A stretch of DNA of 64,000 nt, from the NCBI RefSeq assembly GCF_041595835.1, contig NZ_JBFHJO010000002.1:78752-142751 (forward strand), read 5' to 3'. The position numbers and the translations under genes are program-made. Origin of the DNA: Marinobacter sp. (GTDB taxonomy: Bacteria; Pseudomonadota; Gammaproteobacteria; Pseudomonadales; Oleiphilaceae). The notes under the pieces are model-generated. The model had not been told where the DNA came from. It ran no database searches and saw only the letters and a list, made by a program, of their open reading frames with translations. Positions 28,634 to 36,000 of this stretch are shown piece by piece (the stretch's first letter is position 1; every line of letters begins with the position of its first letter).

Positions 28634-28963
28634 TTAGTCAGATTCTGTCAGGTAGTTGTGGGCAAAGGCCTGTAAGTCCTCTGAGACACGCTGACGAATG
28701 GTCGCCCGGTCTTGCGGAGCAAGGTTATACTTCCGGGCCAGCAGTTCGAAGTCTTCGTCCTTGAGGGTAATGGTCAGCCGGGGGCGGGCTCTGCCTTTAC
28801 GATAGGGCAGCTGGAGAACCTTGCGTACCATATCGGCGGTGCTCATATCCTGCATGGCAGCAGACACCCGGAAAGCTCTTTGAATATCGTTGGAGAGGTC
28901 GAAGGCCATTTGTACGGCCTGAACCGCCTGCTCTTCTTTTGACCAATCCGGTTTGTTTGCCAT
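28634..28963 (-). CDS. hypothetical small protein, possible ribbon-helix-helix DNA-binding fold
   Basis: 109 aa; segment RPRLTITLKDEDFELLARKYNL resembles an RHH beta-strand/helix; immediately downstream of the PspA-family gene. Confidence 0.5.
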   Translation of the reverse strand: MANKPDWSKEEQAVQAVQMAFDLSNDIQRAFRVSAAMQDMSTADMVRKVLQLPYRKGRARPRLTITLKDEDFELLARKYNLAPQDRATIRQRVSEDLQAFAHNYLTESD

Positions 28964-28971
28964 GAGTATAA

Positions 28972-28994
28972 CCTGAGGGTTATGCCCCCGGCAT
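28972..28994. other. perfect GC hairpin ATGCCCCCG-gcatg-CGGGGGCAT between the PspA-family gene and the small gene (attenuator/terminator candidate)
   Basis: 9-bp perfect stem; T-rich run only on the plus-strand side. Confidence 0.35.
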
Positions 28995-29009
28995 GCGGGG
29001 GCATCGATT

Positions 29010-29705
29010 TTATTGTGCGGACTTATCTTTGAGGCGAGCTAGTACGCTATTTACAGCGTCTTGTTCGCCATCAATGCCGGCAGCTTTCAGCTTTTCGTCC
29101 AGATCGGCACCGGTCAGCTCTTTTTCAAGGCTGGCGTTGGCGGTTTGTCGATCTTCTTCCCGGGCCTGGCGCTCACGGATGCGCTCCAGAGTTTCTTTGG
29201 CGGTGCTCAGGGAGGATTGTTGACTGTTGATGTTGGTGTCAATCTGGGCGGTGGTGCGCAGCACACGCTCGTTGGTTTTCACCACTTGCAGTTCCCTGCG
29301 ATAGTCACCCAGTTGTTTCTCTGCGCGTTGTACTCGCTCTTTCAGCCCTGCAATTCGCTGTTGCAGCAATTCCCGGGTCTGAGTCAGTTCTGCGGCACGG
29401 CGTTCATGGCCAACAATGCGTTCGGCGACTTCTCTGGCCAAATCTTCCTGACCGGCAGCGATGGCCTTGCGGGCATCTTGCTCTCGTTTGCTGGAGCTGT
29501 CTTGTTCAGAGCGAATCTGGCGTGCTAAAGATGCTGATTCAGCCATCAGTCCGGCAAGCTCATGTTTGGCTTGTTTCAGCTCTTGCTCAGCATCGCGTAG
29601 TTCCTGTTCCAGAATACGGTTGCCCTGGTTATCCACTACGGCTTCACCCAGTTCGTTAACGCCACCGCGCATAGCGGTCAGAATCTTTTTCAGTACGGAT
29701 CTCAT
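29010..29705 (-). CDS. PspA/IM30 (ESCRT-III-like) family protein, YjfJ-like
   Basis: 231 aa all-helical coiled coil; N-terminus MRSVLKKILTAMRGGVNELGEAVVD...ILEQELRDAEQEL typical of PspA/IM30; size and partner gene match E. coli yjfJ. Confidence 0.8.
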   Translation of the reverse strand: MRSVLKKILTAMRGGVNELGEAVVDNQGNRILEQELRDAEQELKQAKHELAGLMAESASLARQIRSEQDSSSKREQDARKAIAAGQEDLAREVAERIVGHERRAAELTQTRELLQQRIAGLKERVQRAEKQLGDYRRELQVVKTNERVLRTTAQIDTNINSQQSSLSTAKETLERIRERQAREEDRQTANASLEKELTGADLDEKLKAAGIDGEQDAVNSVLARLKDKSAQ

Positions 29706-29719
29706 GTCTCAGCCCTCAT

Positions 29720-30124
29720 TTAAGCCAGGTAGTCTTCAAATGTCTGTAACAGGTCGATGGCATTTTCGGCCAGTGTGACCAGTTCCTGCATGATTTCGGC
29801 TGTGCCGGAGGTTGGGCTGAGAGCGCCATATACCACATAGTGGTCCCCGGTTTTACCGAGAGAGCTTAGTGGCATGGGAACGCTGATGCGTAGCATGTTT
29901 TCATGCAGGTCCTGTATGCGCTCCGGGTTCAGTTCCTGTTCATTAAAAAGATACGCAAGACACAGAATCTGCGTGTCGGTTACGGTAACGTACACCGGTG
30001 TTTCTTCTGCCCCGGAAACGGTTACTTGCAGTACCGGTTCATCCCCGGAAATGGGCATAACGTCGAAGGTTCGGCCTGCATGGGTAGCGTCTCCCAGGGC
30101 CAGGGTGAGAGTTTGAATATCCAC
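29720..30124 (-). CDS. YjfI-like small cytoplasmic protein (DUF2170-like), partner of the PspA-family gene
   Basis: 134 aa, 14-nt spacing to the downstream PspA-family gene, same order and sizes as E. coli yjfI-yjfJ. Confidence 0.55.
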   Translation of the reverse strand: MDIQTLTLALGDATHAGRTFDVMPISGDEPVLQVTVSGAEETPVYVTVTDTQILCLAYLFNEQELNPERIQDLHENMLRISVPMPLSSLGKTGDHYVVYGALSPTSGTAEIMQELVTLAENAIDLLQTFEDYLA

Positions 30125-30188
30125 AAATAGCTCCTTCCTGTGGCGTTGAACCGGTTCGGCCGATTCGAACGGACCGTGTCCTATGGCT

Positions 30189-30205
30189 TGACATTTTATG
30201 TCAAT
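30189..30205. promoter_or_regulatory. perfect palindrome TTGACA-ttttA-TGTCAA in divergent promoter (operator candidate; also a perfect -35 hexamer on both strands)
   Basis: 17-bp perfect inverted repeat in the AT-rich region between yjfI-like (-) and yqiJ-like (+) genes. Confidence 0.5.
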
Positions 30206-30256
30206 AAACTGAGTCTATACCTCGCAATTAAACATTTGCAAGAGTTAGTTTGTTTG

Positions 30257-30271
30257 CGTTATAACGTTTTT
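30257..30271. promoter_or_regulatory. second palindrome TGACA-caaac-TGTCA in the same divergent promoter
   Basis: Same half-site as the 30189 site, 68 bp away, 57 bp upstream of the yqiJ-like start. Confidence 0.45.
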
Positions 30272-30327
30272 TCGTTTGACACAAACTGTCAGTCACTCGT
30301 TTTTCCAGAACGGATGTCCAGTCGCGT

Positions 30328-30954
30328 ATGGAAACATTCTTCATTGTAGCTTTCTCTTTTCCAACGGTGGTTTTTTCCGTTCTATTGTGTGTAGCCATTA
30401 TTTATTGGCTGATCTCTCTGCTTGGTATGGGGGATATAGACGCAGACGGTGAAATTGACGCCAGTGGCGACTTTAGCGGCCTGATGGTGACTCTGGGGCT
30501 TCAGGGTGTACCGCTTCCGCTGGTGCTGACGCTTTTGTTCCTGTTTGGCTGGCTGGCCAGTTATTTTATGGATCTTATTTTCGGTGCGCTTGTTCCCGGT
30601 AGTGTGTTGCACTGGCTATTTGGAATTGTCGTTATTTTTGTGGCACTGGTGGTTGGTGTGCTGACTACCGCGGTTGTTGTTCGTCCGCTCAGGCCCCTGT
30701 TCCGTCGCGCATTCTTACCGCCGCTTCAAAAGCGAATTATCGGTACTCCCTGTGTCGTGCTTTCTTCAACGGTGACTGAAACCTCTGGCAGGGGTGAAAG
30801 TATTCTTGATGGTGCTCATCTGGTGCTTCAGATTCGCAGCCATTCGCCGTTGTCCCATCGGGATAGGGCCGTCATTATTGAACATATTCCGGAACACAAT
30901 GCCTGGTGGGTGGTCCCGGAATCGGAATTTCATTCCGGTGATTCTGCCGGATAA
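30328..30954 (+). CDS. NfeD/YqiJ-like inner-membrane protein (TM region plus C-terminal OB-fold), flotillin partner
   Basis: 208 aa; hydrophobic N-terminal two-thirds, C-terminal beta-rich domain (GTPCVVLSSTVTETSGRGESILDGAHLVLQI) typical of NfeD-type partners of SPFH proteins. Confidence 0.7.
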   Translation: METFFIVAFSFPTVVFSVLLCVAIIYWLISLLGMGDIDADGEIDASGDFSGLMVTLGLQGVPLPLVLTLLFLFGWLASYFMDLIFGALVPGSVLHWLFGIVVIFVALVVGVLTTAVVVRPLRPLFRRAFLPPLQKRIIGTPCVVLSSTVTETSGRGESILDGAHLVLQIRSHSPLSHRDRAVIIEHIPEHNAWWVVPESEFHSGDSAG

Positions 30955-30998
30955 CGCTGACTTAATCTCCCTTTCAACCAGCTCAGGAGAATTGCTAA

Positions 30999-33002
30999 AT
31001 GGATTTATCGTGGATGATGCCGGCACTGATGACCGTTGGTGTTCTGGTCTTGCTGATACTGGGTGTGCTTACCCTGTTCAAAGCGTTCTATCGTAAAGTA
31101 GATCAGGGCCAGGCACTGATTGTGAACGACCTTTCGCCAACGCCGAAGGTGTACTTCACCGGTGCCATGGTGTTGCCGGTTATCCACCGCGCCGAGACCA
31201 TGAAAATCTCGGTTATCACACTGGAGTTGAACCGTACTGGCAAGGAAGGGTTGATCTGTAAAGATAATTTGCGGGCGGATATCACCGTTGCTTTCTATCT
31301 GCGTGTGAATGAAACCCCGGAAGATGTTCTTCGGGTTGCCAAGTCGGTTGGAGTTGGTCGTGCTTCAGACCGTGATGCGGTGAACGAGTTGTTCAACGCC
31401 AAATTCAGTGAAGCGCTGAAAACCGTGGGTAAGAAGCTGGAGTTTATGCAGCTGTTTGAAGAGCGCCAGCACTTCCGTGACTCCATCATTGAAACCATTG
31501 GTGAAGACCTTAACGGCTATATCCTTGAAGACGTAGCTATCGATTACCTGGAGCAGACGCCAAAAACGTCGCTGGATCCGAACAACATTCTGGATTCCGA
31601 GGGCATCAAGCGGATTACTGAAATTACGGCATTCCATAATGTCGAGACGAACCGCTTAGAGCGTGATCAGGAACTGGAAATTCAGCGCAAGAACGTATCT
31701 GCCCGTGAAGCCTCGCTGGAGCTGGAGCGCAGTCAGGCTGATGCGGAAGCTCGTCAGCGCCGCGAAATTGAAACCCTGCAGGCTCGTGAAACGTCGGAAA
31801 CTGAGCAGGTGCGCGAACAAGAACGAGCCCGGGCTGAAGCTGCTCGCATCAAGACCGATGAGGAGCTGGCCATTGCGGAAGAGAACAAGCAGCGCCAGAT
31901 TGAAATGGCACAAAAAGCCCGTGAACGTGCGGTACAGATTGAAGAAGTACGGATTCGCCAGGCTCGCGAACTTGAAGATGTAAACCGTGAACGTGCGGTT
32001 GAAATCGAGCGGATTGGTATGGAAAAAGCGCTGGAAGGTGAGCGCAAAGAAATTGCCGACATCACCAGCCAGCGGATTGCGGTTGAGCGCAACGTGGCGG
32101 AAGAGGAAGAGAACATCAAGGATGTTCGCAACCGTTCCGAAGCTGAGCGTTTGAAAGTTACGAAAGTGGTGGCGGCTGAAGCCGATGCGGATGAACTGAA
32201 ACTGAAGGATGTGAAAGCCGCAGAAGCCGCGTTTGAACGCTCTAAACTGGAAGCAGAACAGATTCGTGTTACGGCGCAGGCGGAGCTGGATGCCGCTGAG
32301 AAGCAAGCCATCGCTGATGAAAAACGGGCTCGTGGTCGTCAGGCTATGTCTGCTTCTGACGGGTTGGCTGAAGCACAGGTTCGAGAAGCTCAGGCCTCTG
32401 CCATTCGTGCGGATGGCCTGGCCCGTGCCGAGGTTAAAACCGCCACAGCCAAAGCGGATGAAGACGCTGGTATGGCGGAAGTTCGAGTGCTGGAACAGCG
32501 GCTTGAAACGGAAGCTATGGGTGAAGAGAAGCTGGGTCTGGCGAAGGCCGATGCCCGTAAGGCCATGGTTCTGGCTGAGGCCGAAGGTGAGGAGCGTATG
32601 GGCCATGCGAAAGCGGAAGCCCGTGAAGCTATGGCGAAGGCTGAAGCTTCTGGCTTGGTAGAAAAACTGAAAGCGTACGATGGAATGTCTGAAGAAGCCC
32701 GTCACTTTGAAGAATTCCGTATGAACCTGGAAGTTCATGAGAAAGAAGTAATGGCCAGGATTGAAGCTCACCAGACGGGCATTCTGGAAAATGGCCGGGT
32801 AATGGCTGCCGCATTGAAGGATGCCAAGTTTGAAATGATCGGTGGTGATGGCGGTATCTTCGAGAAGTTCGCCCAGGGAATGGGTTATGGCAAGAGCGTA
32901 CAGGGCGTCCTGGACAAAAGCCCATCGCTACAGGCTGCTTTAGCGGGCATTGCCGGGCGGGTTGCGGGTGACAAGTCCGGCGATACCTCTGAGTCGGCTT
33001 AA
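30999..33002 (+). CDS. flotillin-family SPFH/band-7 protein with long Ala/Glu-rich coiled-coil (YqiK-like)
   Basis: N-terminal TM plus SPFH domain, then ~400 aa of EA-rich heptad repeats. Confidence 0.85.
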   Translation: MDLSWMMPALMTVGVLVLLILGVLTLFKAFYRKVDQGQALIVNDLSPTPKVYFTGAMVLPVIHRAETMKISVITLELNRTGKEGLICKDNLRADITVAFYLRVNETPEDVLRVAKSVGVGRASDRDAVNELFNAKFSEALKTVGKKLEFMQLFEERQHFRDSIIETIGEDLNGYILEDVAIDYLEQTPKTSLDPNNILDSEGIKRITEITAFHNVETNRLERDQELEIQRKNVSAREASLELERSQADAEARQRREIETLQARETSETEQVREQERARAEAARIKTDEELAIAEENKQRQIEMAQKARERAVQIEEVRIRQARELEDVNRERAVEIERIGMEKALEGERKEIADITSQRIAVERNVAEEEENIKDVRNRSEAERLKVTKVVAAEADADELKLKDVKAAEAAFERSKLEAEQIRVTAQAELDAAEKQAIADEKRARGRQAMSASDGLAEAQVREAQASAIRADGLARAEVKTATAKADEDAGMAEVRVLEQRLETEAMGEEKLGLAKADARKAMVLAEAEGEERMGHAKAEAREAMAKAEASGLVEKLKAYDGMSEEARHFEEFRMNLEVHEKEVMARIEAHQTGILENGRVMAAALKDAKFEMIGGDGGIFEKFAQGMGYGKSVQGVLDKSPSLQAALAGIAGRVAGDKSGDTSESA

Positions 33003-33010
33003 AAAGCCCA

Positions 33011-33050
33011 TGGCACCGCTGCTTCTTAAGAGAGTGGTGCCAGTTTTTAT
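33011..33050 (+). terminator. putative Rho-independent terminator after flotillin gene
   Basis: TGGCACC-N18-GGTGCCA stem followed by GTTTTTATT. Confidence 0.5.
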
Positions 33051-33085
33051 TCAAGTTCCTCTCCCCCAGTTCAGGAAGATTTGGT

Positions 33086-36000
33086 ATGTCGACGGATCGC
33101 TCCGGCCTTGAAAGCATCATTCAGGAAGGCTCTGCTTTTGAAACCATTCAGCGTCGGCTGAAAGAGCAGGGGGGGCAACTGCGCTCGCAGGTATCCGGGT
33201 TGAATCAGACCCGTGAAGAAATTTTCGGCAGTGCCAGTATGAGTGTGCTCGGGCGGGCCCGGGTCAGAACCGAGAATAACGCCATTCCACGTGATGTGGT
33301 GCGTCTGGGTGACAAGCTGTTGTTTGGCTTTAACCTGCAACTGGGGTTGCGTAAAACCCTGGAAATAGACGATGTCTTTTGCCTGTATCACCTGAACGAC
33401 GGTGATGATGGCTTTGAAATGACCGAAGCCACCATTGAAGGGACTTTCCTGAAGGATGCCCGGTTTGCCACTGACTTCCGGGAGCTGCAGCAGTACTACA
33501 ACACGGCCACGCTGTCTCAGCTGGTGATCCTCAAAGGCATGCTGCTGATGGCGTTTCGCATCGGCGACAAGCTGGATGATCTGCGGATTTTCCGCTGGGA
33601 GCTGACGCCGGGTGGCGATGTCAGTCGCTATATCGACAATCGGGGTGAGCGGGATCTGACTTTCCCTGAACGCTTCAGTTTTCCCTGGAAACCCGTTGGT
33701 CGTGATTTGCAGGTTCAGGGCCGCTCTCCGCACCTGAACATTGCTGACACCTTGTTTGTGGATAACCTGCGGGGTGACATTACCTTCAAGGTGGAAAACA
33801 ATACTGCCACCGGGGAAGGCATTTATGCAGATCCGGTAGAATCGGACTCTCAGTCTCTGGACGACGCCACGTTTGAATACGCCGACCTGGGCGAGATTCT
33901 TCTGGTGCGGATTCTGCCCTTCAATGAAAAACTTTGGCGCTATTACCTGTTCAACCGTACCCAGCGAAAAATTGAACGGGTGGATAGCATGGCGGGTTCG
34001 GTGGCATCGCTGCCGGATAATCATGGCCTGATCTTCCCCTCCGGCTACTACCTCACTACCGGTGAACTGAAAACCTTCCAGATCCCGGAAGGCGACTTCC
34101 GCCTCAAGCGTTCGTTGCGCTCGCCTAACGGTGAGGATGTGCTGTATGTGTTTTTTGAGCAGCTTACCGGGCAGGTCATTCTGTTCCGCTACAATCTGAT
34201 CCGTAAACAAGCGGATGTGCCGTTGATCGGCCATGGGTTTGCGCTCTTTGAAAATGGCCATCTGGTGGTTTTCAATGCGGATAATGAGCCGACGCTGGTG
34301 CACCCGCTGCAGGTTTGGGATACGCCGTTTACCTCGGAGAGTTTCCATGCACAGGCCAGTGTTGCTAATGATTCTGAACTGGCCCGTATCGGTAACCCGG
34401 ATTTGGTGCGCGGCATTGCTGAACTGAATACGGTTATTACCCTGGTAGAAGCCAAGAGCGCCAGTGAGCGTCACTTTACAGCACTGATCCGTACCGTAGA
34501 CCGTGTTCTCGACCAGTTTTACTGGCTTACAGCGAGGCAGGATGAAGCGCTGTTTGCTGGCTTGCATGAGCAGCTGAGCACGATTCGCAATACCGCCGAG
34601 TTGGTGCTGGACGAATACGAAAAAGTGCAGAGCATCCGGGCGCAAACAGAAATGGCTATCAGTGAAGTGGCCGATGTTCAGAGTGCCCTGATGCGCGATC
34701 TGAAACCGGATAGCTGGAAAGCGCCAGATCAGTTTGTGGGTTATCTGGCCAGGCTTCGGGAACACCGGGGCCGGGTGCGGACGCTGAGTGATCGCCGCTA
34801 CGCAGACAAAAACCGCATAGAGGCCCTGGAAAAGGAGCTGGCGGAGGCGGAAGAGAGGCTGACGGATCGAACGTTCCGTTTCCTTGCTTCGCCCGAAGCT
34901 TTAGAGGGTTACCGCAATACCCTGGCAGAATTGCAAGCCGCACTGGCGGAAGCCGGAAGCCGGGATGCTTTGAAAAAGATTGTAGAGCGATACCGGGAGC
35001 TGACCACCGGTCTGGATATGATTCAGGGCATGCTGGCTTCCATGGCGGGTGATGATGCTGCGCTGGAAACGGCCATCACCGATAACATTTCGGGGATATA
35101 CGCCAGTATCAATCAGCAGCGTTCAGAAGCAGAAATTCGCCTGAAAGAGCAGGGCAGTGCCGAGGCGCGGGCTCAGTTTGCCGCCCGGATCCGGCTGTTT
35201 GAGCAGAGTCTGGCAAACGGCGTCAGTGCGCTTTCAGATGTGCGGGAATGTGATGGTTTGATGACCCGCATGCTTGATCAGCTACAAGAGCTCGAGAGCC
35301 AGTTTGGTGAGTACGATGAGTTTCTTGCTGCCGTTCTGGAACAGCGTGAAAACGCCCACGAAAGTATTGAGGCCCGGCGTCAGCAGCTTCAGGATCAGCA
35401 GCAACGCCGGGTAACAACGTTGACGGATGCGGCTGAACGTATTCTGAAAAACGTCAGTCGCCGAACGGAACGTTTTTCCAGCCCGGAAGAACTGCACGCT
35501 TTCTTTGCCTCCGATGCCATGGTGGCGCGCCTGCGCAGCATGGCTGAAGAGCTTCGTGACCTGGGCGCAGCTATGGAAGCTGACGATTGCCTGGGGCAGC
35601 TGAAAGCCACTCAGGATACCGCTCTGCGCAGCGTGCGGGACAAAGCTGACATCTTCGAAGAAGGTGGCGCGGTTATTCGTCTCGGCAGGCATAAGTTCAG
35701 CGTAAACCAGCAAGAGCTGGATCTCACTCTGATTCCCCGGGATGACCATGTGCTGCTACACCTCACCGGCACCCAGTATTACGAACGGCTGGATGAGCCG
35801 GAACTGGATCGCCTGCGGGGTTACTGGAACATGAGCCAGCCGTCTGAGTCCGACAAGGTTTACCGGGCTGAGTATCTGGCAGCGCTGGTGATTGAAGAAT
35901 TCCGGAAGTCGTCTGATTTACCGGTGAACGTTGCCGATGTTGAAGAGCTGACTGGTTATATTCGTCATTTTGCTTCGCCCCGTTATCGTGAAGGCTACGA

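Noticed and set aside
31656-32771. 371-aa antisense ORF inside the flotillin gene
   Set aside because: It is an artefact of the Ala/Glu-rich repetitive coding sequence on the opposite strand, with low-complexity translation.
33071-34765. 564-aa minus-strand ORF overlapping the giant gene
   Set aside because: It lies antisense to a well-supported long ORF in GC-rich sequence, with no RBS or motifs.
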